Under the pieces are notes generated by a model. That model saw nothing but the letters and a program-made list of their open reading frames with translations. It did not search any database and was not told the DNA's origin. Shown here piece after piece: positions 1-11,509 of a stretch of DNA of 64,000 nt (position 1 is its first letter; every line of letters begins with the position of its first letter). The stretch lies in NCBI GenBank assembly GCA_973851085.1, contig OZ316775.1, positions 16,368,001 to 16,432,000 on the forward strand, read 5' to 3'. Source of the DNA: Ptychomitrium polyphyllum. Taxonomy: Eukaryota. A program made the translations under genes and the position numbers.

Positions 1-581
1 GGAACAGAAATATCCTTTTTCATGGTACCACACCTAGACCGTCCCGTTAAAAATAACAGGAAAGGACAAAGCAAGACCACAATTGTATCAAAAATCAGTC
101 TTCAGAAGAAATGTTGTAAATAGGCATCCATGTCACTGAACTCATTAAGAATATTTTACAGCTCCCTTTGCCAGATGCTTACATATAGAGAAGGCCATAT
201 ATAAAAATCGAACCTCCAAAATTCACTCATTTTAACTCCCAATTATCTCAAAATTGCTTAAAACTCAAGTCCTGACCATCTCTACGACCAACAGAATAGG
301 CGCGGAGCATCTCTTCAACCGGCATTTCTGAACCATGTCTTCATTAAGGACGCCGTTGTGTTGTACACTGAAAACGATGCCCCGGAACAGAAAGTGAAAC
401 ACAACAATCACAACTGGAACTAACCTAACAAAACGTGGTTCAACTCGATAATCCTTAGTACCAAGATTCTGTTCCTACAAGTTGTGACTTTGTTGATGGT
501 CGCTTGCTTCTGCAGCAGTACTACAAATGCTCTTATACCACTGGATGATGTATGCTTTGCAAGATCAGCCGCTCTGGGCGA

Positions 582-2603
582 CTAAGCATGATCATAATGA
601 TGAAGCCTATATAGCAGGACTCTACCATCAGCCTTTCCAGCTGCAAAATAACCTCCTCCTGGACTGAAAGCCATGGAATGAACATACTGAAGAGGTGTCT
701 TGGGAGTGGGCCAATTTGAAAACACTGTGTTAGAGGGAACATGAATCAGACGTAAGGCGTCCTTTTTCATTCGTGAACTAAGAGCCAGGATCTGCGAGTC
801 AAAATTGAATCTCAAGTTATCAACAGAAGTTGTCAGGTGCATAAATGCCTTCAATGGCTTCCTTACGCCGCCAAGAAAACTCTCTCTATTGTACAAGTTG
901 ACAACACCCATACTTGACCCCGTTGCAAAGAGCTTGCTATCAGATGACACCTGCAGTGCCGTGTTTTTCACACACCCTTCATCTGGCCCCCTGTGGATGC
1001 ATCTTCGAGACCTTAGATCCCAGTGATAGACATCACCGTCACTTCCAATACTGAGCAATTCTTTTCCGTCTGCTGCAAATGAAAGGTTGCTGACACTACC
1101 TGTCAAAGACCTTAGTGTAAGCTGATTACCCGACGACGGTTGCAGTGGTTCAGAGTACTAGGATAGTTTCTACTGCCCAAATTACCATAAGAAGAAAAAA
1201 AAAACTACACCAAAGTGAAAACCACAAGTGCAAACCTTACAAAAGAAAACGACTTCCAACTTACCATTCATCTTCAAAGTGCCGATACATTGCCTAGAAC
1301 GCAGAGACGCCAAAATGATGTAGCCTTCATTACCAGTAAAGGCAAGAACCTTGCCATCAGGAGACACCGCAAACCTCTCTAAGCTCTTTTCTTCACGACC
1401 AACCATACAGTTCACCCTCTCCACCTTGCCACCTTGTAGGTCATACACATAGAAAAAGTTTCGTCTTCCTGCCGCTACTACTCCAGATCCATCTGGTATA
1501 AAAGCGGCCTTATAAATTGGAAAGTCTTGCAAGTATATGCCTTGTACCTTAGGATTTCTCTTGCCATCAATCTGCAAGCATGAAACAGTGCAGGTGAAGA
1601 CTAAAATGAAAAACTAAAATGTATAAACTAATCAAAGCAGCCGGAGTAAAGGCATACAACCAGTTGACACATGACTGCCAATTGGTGTAAAATGCCCATG
1701 CTTAGGTCGAACTGACCATGCACTCGAGGTGTATGCTCAACCCCAAACCTGAATCCTAAACCCAACCCTAGCTGACCAGAATGAACTACACAAAGAGCTC
1801 TGAAAGACTTAAAAATCAGTGAATCACATTCAAATATTTTACATAAAGAGACGAAACTTTAAACCCTAATGTTCAATAAACCATAAACCCTGCACCCTAG
1901 CTAACAGAAATTTCAGACGACTGAATCCTCTCCGTAACCTCAAAATTGCATTTCTACGAGAACAATGCTTGAACAAAAATTCAACGATGCAACCGAGGAC
2001 AATGAAGAGAGGAAGAACGTAAAGCTAAAAAACCTGGAAAAGCCTCAGTTTCTGGTCGAATCCAGCAGTCAGCAACAACTGGCCATTTGTATGAAACTCA
2101 ACCGATTGTATCACTGCATTCGAAGGCTCCACAATGTTGGCATCCTTCATACGCGACACGTCAAGCAGACCCTGCGGTAGACGGCCCTTGTTCTTCACCA
2201 CAAAATCGGATTGCTCTAGTAGAAGACTCCGATGGTCATGCGTACTCTCCTCTCCATACTCCTCCTCATCCTCCTCGTCCTCCTCTAACCCAAACCCCAT
2301 TCCAGCGCCATCCCCGGCCTCCCGCCTGCGCTTTTTCTTCTGCCACGGAAGCTCCGCCCACGCAGTCCCAGGGTTGAGCTTGGCATGCTGAGCGCGCAAC
2401 CTGGCCGCGTACTCGGTAGCGGGAATGACCGCCTCATCGGCATTAGTGCGGAGCTTCTTCAACCGGTTCTGCCTGGTGACGTCCACGAAAGCAGTTGCGT
2501 CGTGCTCGTCTTCCCACACTGGCTTCCTCTCGGATCGCTCTGCTTTCTCAGCGATCACCATGTCCCAGCGCCCCGAGGCCTCGACGGCGCCCGCCTCGTC
2601 CAT
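582..2603 (-). CDS. UTP18: U3 snoRNA-associated protein 18 (WD40, SSU processome). Exons 2603-2034, 1571-1265, 1099-582; ~464 aa
   Basis: Three ORF segments join in frame at GT-AG junctions (FQ|IDGKRNPK; KMNG|SVSNL). Plant UTP18 motifs: WEDE..NRLKKLR, ARLRAQHAKLNPGT, LLLTAGFDQKLRLFQ, TVFSNWP, C-terminal LYRLHHY. First in-frame ATG is 2603; the ORF track's 2681 start is TTG. Confidence 0.93.
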
Positions 2604-2735
2604 TGAGTTGGTCGCCCCCGGCAGCACAAGAGCTGGTGAGACTGGTGCGAGTGATTGAACAAGTGCAGTTGAGTGCTGCAAATTGCTGCGATAATCGCGA
2701 GCTCGAGGAAGTTTTCTGTCGCGTGTGTGGGCGCT

Positions 2736-2745
2736 TAACCCTAAA
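2736..2745. promoter_or_regulatory. Telo-box-like motif upstream of UTP18
   Basis: TAACCCTAAA ~135 bp upstream of the ATG; telo-boxes (AAACCCTAA) are typical of plant ribosome-biogenesis genes. Confidence 0.4.
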
Positions 2746-3275
2746 TTCTTTGAGGACGTCGCTTTAAGACCTAGTGATGCTTTTCCGGATCTCGTTCAAG
2801 ATCTCAATGTTCCAGCCTTTCAAGACCTGGCAGGACCTAAGAATGCCCGGAACTTTTCTACAATTTTTGTTTGTTCATATTTTTCCTGTTCTGTTTACTT
2901 CTTCTTTTTCCGGTGTTCCCCTTTGGTTTTTTTTTCCATGGCATTCTGCAGGACGGTAGAACCTCAAAAGTGAACGTGATCCGAAATTGCCCACATATTG
3001 AATAGTAAGTTATCGCAATATTAATTGTGATAGTTTAAGGTTTAGTTTGACATTTGCTAATAATTTAGTATCTAAATTAAAGCAAATATAATGGTAGAAA
3101 TTGATTTTAAGCTTGTAATTAATTTTGAGTAATTAGGAATCGAAGTAGCTTAAAATTAATGTAGTTTAGTTTAGTTTGAACATATATAAGCTTCTTTGAT
3201 TTTAGGTGGTAATTACCAATACGTGAATTCAATGTTGATTGGATGTGAATGTATATTGTATAAATTTGGTCCATT

Positions 3276-3751
3276 TGTTAGGAACACAAGAAACAAAAAG
3301 CTGAAACAAAGTGTTTTCCAAGAATTAACTTCCAAAGAACAAATGATTAATAAGAACTAATACAAAGACTAGAGTAAGGCATAATACAATATGACCCACA
3401 ACTTGTGTTGGCAAGACTAAGATATACCTTGTCTTGCCTTCTTTTTATACTATGACGTTTATATCTCCTAGAATACTTTTAAAAAAGCTTCTTATAAGGC
3501 TTAAGAATGTTTTAGAAGTCTATGAAATCTTCCTAAGAAATTTTTCAAGATGGTGGAACCTTTATAAGAAGCTTCTAAGGAGTTGGAATTTTTAAGGAAG
3601 TTTCCTAAGGTCGTGGAACCTTCTTAGGGAGTTTTCCAAAGATGTGGAAATAGCTATAGAGACATTGAAAGTATTCGAAGAAATTACTATATTATACCAG
3701 AAGGTTTTAAAAGGTTCTAAAGACTATGTTGCATAATTTATGTTTGTGATA
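3276..3751 (-). repeat. 3' LTR, gypsy family A
   Basis: Starts TGTTAGG on +; collinear with 7836-8271 and 37801-38414. Confidence 0.85.
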
Positions 3752-3759
3752 TCACTTCT

Positions 3760-4160
3760 ACTTTAACGACAAATCCCATGAGGAGCTCTTTTTTTGGCTT
3801 GCTTATCACATTTTGTACAAATTCCAAAATTTGTTGAAAAAAAGAAGCAATATATTATGCTCATTGTTTTTTGCTCACTGGTTCAATTAGTCCTTGCAAG
3901 AAGTGCCAATGCCTACAAGAAAAGACTTTTGTTGTTGAAATGTCCCAACCTAACAATTGATTTTGATTAAGTCTTTCAAAATATCCTCCAAATAGGATCT
4001 CCGCTCCTCCAAGAATGACACTTCCAACTTCTAACAAGATCACTAGAATTCAAGCATCTAAATTAAGACTGGAATATGAAAGGCAATTTGCCAATAATTT
4101 TGCACAAGGTCGCACTCAACATTGGAATGTTTTTCTCATATTTTGATTTAAATCCTCTAG
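3760..4160 (-). pseudogene. Decayed extra ORF (3' of pol) of gypsy family A, 5' part cut by a family B LTR
   Basis: One frame without indels: VRPCAKLL...*ILVILLEVGSVILGGAEILFGGYF...LGW...HWHFLQGLIEPVSKKQ*A*YIASFFQQILEFVQN. Stops are TGA/TAA; aligns with the family B extra ORF. Confidence 0.6.
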
Positions 4161-5190
4161 TGTTAAAAACAAAATAATTAAAAGATAAGGATTCAGGATT
4201 CCAGGATGTGGAACAAGATATGTCCAAGGTATATTAGAAATAAAAAAATATAATAAGATTCAAAGACAAGACCAAAAGATCTGAGCTAGGCCACAAGAGA
4301 TGCATTGTCAAGACTAAAGATTCCTTTAGCCTTGATTTTTATATATTAGAATTACAAGCCTTTAAAGCTTCTTGAGAAGCTTCTACTACATTGCTTCGTA
4401 CTTAAGCAACCTTGACTTGCTTCCTTGGAAGCTTTGTAAGCCAAAGTAACTTCCTTGGAAGCTTCTTAAGCCAAGGCAATTTCCTTAGAAGCTTCCTAAA
4501 CCTTCTAAGAACCTTTCTAGATGCTTCTTAAATGTACGTCCATAACATCACCTCCCCTTCTAGCTCCCAGGTCTCCAAGGAGCAAGTTGCAATGAGTGCT
4601 CAGAGTTGTAAGAAATAAAAAATTGTCGCATGGTGTCTGCAACAAATTCCAATTGTTTTTCACGATTCAAATGGTTCATGGATCTCTGTGACCATTGATA
4701 ATATCCAATGCCTTCTATTTGGAACCAAGCATGAACTTTTGTATCTTTGTTGTAAAAGTGTCTTTCAAATACTACTTCTGGATAACCTTCGTAAGTTGAC
4801 TCTATTTAAAAGACAATCACTAACGATCTACTGCTAGGTATTGTTTGACATCTTCTTAGTTCAATTTGTTCTTCATCACAAGGTTATAAACGAGAACCAC
4901 TTGGTTGAATTGACACCAATGGCATGGTATCTACATCTTGGCTGTCTAATATATCAAGCTAGTCTCAAAGAACTATAATAAACTTTAAAATGCAAACAAC
5001 TAATTTTTAAACCATATTTGGGGCTTTAGAAACCTTTCTTACTTAAAAGTCCAAGCATCAAGAGCCTTCAAGGTTATGCAACCTTACTAAGCCACTATTC
5101 CTTGTGATGCTACTTTTGTTTTGGATGGATGTTGTTAATGGAACTCACAAATTTTTACAAGTGAATTGGCAAGATTGTGCGGGATGTTTT
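4161..5190 (-). mobile_element. 3' fragment of gypsy family B (3' LTR 4161-4547, PPT, extra ORF, end of chromodomain)
   Basis: LTR collinear with 36466-36946 and 44890-45279; PPT GAAGGGGAGGTGA abuts the LTR; internal part is the reverse complement of ~44250-44890. Confidence 0.85.
4560..4949 (-). pseudogene. Extra ORF of gypsy family B, copy 1 (~130 codons, 2 internal stops)
   Basis: DSQDVDTMPLVSIQPSGSRL*PCDEEQIELRRCQTIPSSRSLVIVF*IESTYEGYPEVVFERHFYNKDTKVHAWFQIEGIGYYQWSQRSMNHLNREKQLEFVADTMRQFFISYNSEHSLQLAPWRPGS*. Confidence 0.65.
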
Positions 5191-5438
5191 TTGTTCACAA
5201 GCACCATGTAGTGTTTAGTTCAAAATCCTTGTTTATAAAGCACGCTGTTGCACCAATGTCTAAAAGTGCTTCACTAACTATTCCATCATTTAACAACTTG
5301 ATTTTGATAAGAATTGTAAAATAAGAGGTAGAGGTTGAAGGTAGTAAGAGACCTTGATTTGATGGTTGTTTCATTGTAGTGTCTAGTTGCATGCTTCCTA
5401 CTAAATTAAACAACCTCGTTTTTTAATTCCACCAGTAT

Positions 5439-6585
5439 TGTGGCGCACCTTTCCTTGAAGAATGCATGTTATATTAAAAGTACAAGGAAGATTCCGGAGT
5501 GACATCCAAGACTTGTGACACTGATAATGAGGTGATCTATGTGGACCTAATGTAAGAAAGAACCCCGAGGACAAGGAAAAATTTGGCCCACAAATACTAA
5601 GAACCATAAGAGAGAATATTGGATGCCTCATGAGAAGTTGATTCTAGAATGCTAAGAATTGCTCAAATCAGACAAGGAAGCTTGAAAATATGGAATCCCA
5701 AAGTTGGGGCTGCTTAAGGGCTGTTTTGGACTATGGCTGTTGTGAACTATGATTATACTGGATTGGGACAGTGCAGAGAAGGATTCCTTTGGAGTTCCAA
5801 ATCTTGAGAGAGTTGTATCTTCTAGAATATCAACTCAAATTAGACTTTTGAAGAGTCTATCGGCATTTATGCAAAGAATAAATAACCATAGAGTGGTTGT
5901 TTGATAACTTCAGAGATTAAATATGGAAGATATTGGATCCTGAAGGTCCGCAAGAAGTTATAGAAGCTCCAAACAGCAAAGTCCTATGGGAGATTGGGTG
6001 GTCTTTCAAAATTTTTGATATGTCAGGGTTTGGCCAGCTACAAAAGACCAAGGGCCCTGCCAAATCCCACAGAGAGTATTATAGGGGAAGGTTGGTCTCC
6101 CTCTCTACTTTTATAATATTTTGATAGTAATTAAAGCGGAGTCTTAGTGGCTGGAGTTAGTATTGGGGCATCACTACAAGAACTCCTATACTATTGTAAG
6201 CCAATGGATGGCTAGTTTCACAAAAGAAAACAAGTGTCTTTTAAAGTGTGCGCAAGATGTCACTAATTTGGGTGGTGTCTTCATGCCGGCATCATGGTGG
6301 CCTGAGGTGATCTTTGGATCACAAAAAGATTATGAGTAGTGATAAGGAGATACCATTAAGTGCGGTTAGGCCGTGTAGAATGGGATTAATACCAAGTGAG
6401 GCCTTGGACATGAATGAAAGTTCACACCTAACCATTGGCTATTGATCAATTGGATGTCTTAACAGAAATCAGTACAAAAATTTGGAAATCAAGCCTTTGG
6501 CTTGGAAAATGGAAATGGAAGCTAACCATGTGCATGTGGAGATGTATAGGATTGGCGTTGGTGACGCTTATTAAGGTGTATTGCA
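5439..6585. mobile_element. Unclassified ~1.15-kb insertion (probable solo LTR) splitting the end of family A gag
   Basis: Ends TGTGGCGCACCTT...AAGGTGTATTGCA (imperfect terminal inverted repeat, differences are transitions). Removing it rejoins gag in frame (AQSTIVA-ILVELKNEVV*). Confidence 0.55.
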
Positions 6586-7835
6586 AGGGTTGCAACAATT
6601 GTGCTTTGAGCCTTAAAAACATATCCTTTGATTTGGCAATTGCGCATTTTATGTCAAGACTTGCTAGAATACAAACATAAATTTCTTCTTCAACGCCTTT
6701 CTTTTTCTTTTGGAATCAAACGTCTAAATTGAGCAGCATCAATTTGCATAGGTTATGGTCCTTGTGGTCAACTTTCCAATACTTTTGAAGAAATAGTTGT
6801 CATACCTTGATATATTGGTTGTCATCCTAAGCATTCATCTTAATGCCTCTCAAATAGTCTATTGTCATATGCTATTATTTACGTGATGAATTTGTCTAAC
6901 GTTTCAATCTTTTCATTGTAAATAGCAAATCCTTCACATTTTCTTTCAAGCCCTATTAAAATTGTGAGACCAATGCCTTATCATTCCAATCAAAGTTGGA
7001 AGCTAGTTGTCAAAACTCTGCAGCATATGTAGTAGCCAAGCATTGTCCTTGTTGTAAACTTTGGATCCTTATTTGAACCACTTTCTCTCAGTTGGTGTAT
7101 CCAAAGGTAGATATTAATATTTCTACAAAACCATTTACATTATTTAATAATAGTGACAATTTCTCTATTAATGGTACAAAATTACAATAGTTCATTATTT
7201 GATAGAAAAAATGGCTACAAACTCCACTTAAGTAGTGTCATGAATATAACAAGACTAATGCAAATTCAAAAAGTGCCTTATTAGTTGAATAAAGCTTTTC
7301 AATTTTGTTCTTAATCCATCAAACTTGTCTGGCATGCTAATCTTTGGCTCTGCATAGGTTCAACGTAAGCCTTTTCTTCTGATATTGGCCTCTAGCAATC
7401 AAACAACCTCTTGGTATAGACTTTGAATATCACCATTACATTCTTCAGCTTGCCGAGTCTGCTGCTCTAAATTATTAGTGGTATTGAAGCGAACAAGTTT
7501 TGTTTGAATTATGTTTAATAACTTTTGAAGGTTTGCAATAGTTGCAAGCCTATCTCTAATGTTCCAGGCACGTTATCTATTTCTTAAGACTGTCAAAGAT
7601 AAAAAGACTATGAATAGCTTTAAAATAGGGTAATCTACATTTTTTGAAAGATTAATCTTTCTTCAAAAAAAATAGTACTTAGTTTTAGAAGGAAAAACCA
7701 ACTTTATGGTGTCACCTTAGAAGAAAGTAGTCCTTAAGTTTCAAGACACTATGGGATCTTAAAGAAGAAGTATAATCCACAATCTTCTTCAAAGAACTTT
7801 AGCTCTCACAAAGATGAAGAGTAGTCTTGCCAAAC

Positions 7836-8271
7836 TGTTAGGGACACAAGATACAAAAAGCAGAAATAAAGTGTTTTCTAAGAATTAGCTTCCAAAGAGG
7901 TAATGATTAACAACAACTTGATGCAAAGACTAGAGTAAATTATGATACAATATGATCTACAATTTGTGTTGGCAAAACTAAGATATACCTTGTCTTGCCT
8001 CTTGTTTATATTATAATGCTTGTATCTCCTAAAATACTTCTAAAGAAGTTTTTTATAAGACTTTAGAATGTTTTAGAAGTCTATGGAACCTTTTCAAAGA
8101 GGTAGAACCTTCCTACGAAGTTTCCTAAGGTGGTGGAATCTTCCCAAGAAGTTTTCCAAGGAAATAGAAGTGGCTATGGAGACATTGAAAGTATTCTAAG
8201 AAACTATTGTAATATACCAAAAGATTTGAGAAGGTTCTAAAGACTATGTTGCATCATCTATATCCGTAACA
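7836..8271 (-). repeat. 5' LTR, gypsy family A
   Basis: TGTTAGG...CCGTAACA on +; putative PBS adjacent at 7822-7833. Confidence 0.85.
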
Positions 8272-11200
8272 ACAACATTGGCATATTTTGCACTCACTTT
8301 AGAAAAGATGTGGTTCTTCCACCATTCACCAAGTGGCTTCTTTTTCTTCATAGGATACCTCCTACCATTCAAGGCAGGCTTCTCTTCTTGTAATACATCA
8401 ACTTCCTTCTTACGTAAAGGTTGTTCCTCTTCACTTGGAAGAAAATGTTTGCTATTATCTTGTAAATCTCCTATGCTGATCTTAGAGGTGGAGGTCGTTT
8501 TCTTCTCTCCTTCCCTTATTCCTTCACCTCCATCTACATCTTTACCTTCTTTTTTTGCTAAAATAGAGGATGTGTCTACAATTACACCATTACTCCCACT
8601 TGGACACATTTCCAAGTGCTTACAAGCATTCTCATGTTTCAAGAACTCAACATCACAGCTCTTGATGATCATCTTGCTTTCCACGTTCATCAGCCTATAT
8701 ACCTTGCTATCTTTACAATAACCATAGAATACACACTTTGTATCCTTTATATCAAGTTTGGACCCCATTCAATTAAACACCTTTGCATATGCAAGGCATC
8801 CGAAGGTTCTCATGTCTAAAAGACAAGGCTTCCTACCATTCCAAGCTTTTTTAGGGGTCATGGATGCAAAGGCACTTGTAGAGCACTTATTTTTTATGTA
8901 CGCCACTTTTACTACCGCTTCCGCCCACAACTCATGTCTAAGATGTTGAGTATAAAGCATGCTCCTTATCATGTCCATAATAGTACAATTTATTGCCTCA
9001 ACAATTTCATTTTGTTGTGGAATGTACAACTGGAATTTTACTTTATAATGCCTTTCCTTTTCAAGAAGTCATTAAAGTACTTGGAGAGGAAGTCACCACC
9101 ATTATCTGAGCGCAATACCTTGATCTTGGAGTCACATTGCTTCTCCACAAGTGCCTTGAACTCCTTAAACCTTGCAAAGCACTCACTCTTAGCCTTGAGG
9201 ATGAACATCCACACTTTTTTTAAAAAGTCATCAATGAAGATGAGGAAATTCCATGGATGGAGTCCTCATAGGTTTACATACATTGGAATGCACAATCTCC
9301 AACAATGTGCTTGCACAAGTTGGCACTCCACTTAGAAATGAAGCCCTTTGTTTCTTGCTTCAGATGCAACCTTCACAAGCAAGTTTTTTGGATTTGTAGC
9401 ATGTTGTAATAAGATCCAAGCCACTTACTATATCTTGGAACTCCTTAATGGCTTTTACAATCAACTGACCAAGGCAACAATGCCAAATGCCAAACTTGTC
9501 TTTATCGTAAGTGAATTCAACAAAGGTTGTCACTTCCACTCCATTCACCTTCTTGCACTTGATGAAATACAAGTTGCCATCCTTCAAGCTTGTGGCAACA
9601 GCATGCTCGTAGCAACACCATGCCCATGGCACCAACATGACTTCACAACACTTCTATTTACATTGAAATGAGTTACAAATTCTCTCATCACAAATTTACT
9701 CACCAAAAGGAAGTTGGACTTCATCCCTGGTAAATGGAATACATCTTTGAAGGTGATCTTATTGGTCTTCTCTCCTATAACATATTCTACCACAATGAAC
9801 TCCATTCAAATGGCCTCCACCATGCCATTTTCATCCATGAACACACTAGTAGCTGGAATTGCCTCATAAGTGTGAAATGAGTACTTGTAAGGCGTCATGT
9901 ATTTTTTGGCGCCCGAATCAACCATCCACTTGGATAGGGCAGCTATGGGCGGCCCTTTTCTTGCCATGAAGGCAAAATTTCCAACTTCATGGTGGTCCAT
10001 CACATGGTTGGCATCCTCACTTTCTTTTTCTTGGCTTTATAATAATTGTAAGCAAAGCGGCCTAGTTTTCCACAAACAAAGCAAGTTCAAAGGTTTAGAC
10101 ATTGGTTAGAATAGATGGCCTTGCCTTGCCTCAAAAAAAGGCCAAGTCTTCCCTTGAAATCTCCTTCTCCTTCTTCTTAGTCTCCTTGTGGCTCAATCTT
10201 GCCATCATATAATCCATAATGAAGTCCTTCATGAAAATGGACTCTAAGGCCACTGTGAAATAGCTATAGAACTTTGGCAAGCTCATGAGCAATGCAATCA
10301 CAACATCCAAATCCTCCAATAGCTTATCTACATTGGCAAGTTGCCTTGCAAGAGCCTTCAACTTGTTGACATGCGCCATGATGTCCTTTCCTTCTTCCAT
10401 CTTGCAGTTTAAGAACTTCCTCCTTGGGAAGATGATGTTGGAGAGGTGTTTGCTTTCATAGATGTTGCAAAGAGTCTTCCACGCTTCTATTGGTCCTTTG
10501 CAAGAGATGATGTGGACAAAGTAGGCATTGTCAAGGTTATTGACAACAATGCCAAAAGTCTTCTTCTCACAATGTTGGAACTCTTTCTTCTCCTTTGCAT
10601 TTGCCAACAATGGTGGAGCAACTTCACTCTTATCTATATTGTCCCAAAGGTCCAAAAAAGCCAATAAGAGTTCCATCTTAACCTTCTATTGATAGAATTT
10701 TCCACCATAAAACTTTTGAATGACCCTCAATCCTTCACCTTCATTCAAAGCCATGTCAAAAGAAGAGAGGTAACAAGTCTACCTCCAAACACAATCTTGC
10801 ACAATTCCTATGCTTCTCACAAGTCCTCCCAACTATGAGTGTAGAGGCAAGCCTTTCAATTCACTATCTCCACTTAATAAGCACTATTGTCAATGAATTG
10901 ACAAGACATCAATACCAAGTATAATAAGTTGGTGTTAGAAATCTTGAATCCAAAAAAGACATTATTAAGGCCTTATTATTACTCAAAGAAACTCATTATC
11001 TAAGAAGTTTCAATATCCTCAACTCTACAAGAGTTCAAAACATCAAAGCAAGCACTTGCATGTGCAAAAATTTAGAGTTAGGCAATTCTAACTCTATCAT
11101 GATTAACAACCAAGTTATCTAGCTCCATAGAAGAATAACAACTACAAACACTTCAAGTTACTTCAAAAGGCACGACTAAATGTGAGTAGGTCCATGATCT

Positions 11201-11509
11201 ATTAAAGAAATACAACAAAATTTGTACAATAAGCAAGAAAAGAGAGCAAGGTTGCAACAAGAGAGATGTGGAGCAAGATGATACTTACTTCCAACACGGT
11301 TTATTTATATAATGGGAAGGACACTCAAGGGCAGCCAAGCCCTAACCACCACCTTAAACCTAGCCATTATAACAAACTCTAGTTCTTTTTTTCTTAACCC
11401 TAGCCTCTATATCCTCTCTGGCATCTTCCTTGACATCCCTTTGACCATTAAAAACCTATCAAGGTTAAGTCCTAGACGTGGAAACTTCAACTAGAATTAC
11501 TTTACAACA
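8272..11509 (-). mobile_element. 3'-truncated, decayed Ty1/copia LTR retrotransposon (5' LTR ~11200-11509, gag-PR-INT; RT/RH missing)
   Basis: Copia domain order: gag from ATG 10754 (MELLLAFLDLWD, AWKTLCNIYE), protease WMVDSGA (~9920), WHCCLG/CEGC, integrase LRSDNGG and PQQNEIVE, then FGCLAY and KLD..CVFYGY. Many stops and frameshifts; ends at the gypsy LTR. Confidence 0.88.

Larger units (their letters stand above)
3276..8271 (-). mobile_element. Decayed, internally deleted Ty3/gypsy (chromovirus-like) LTR retrotransposon, family A, with nested insertions
   Basis: Similar LTRs at 3276-3751 and 7836-8271. Gag remnants ~6590-7560 (ISMPDKFDG), protease remnant 5195-5413 (ALLDIGATACFINKDF), purine-rich PPT-like stretch next to the 3' LTR. 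RT/RH/INT absent; outer flanks CCATT and ACAAC do not match. Confidence 0.85.
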
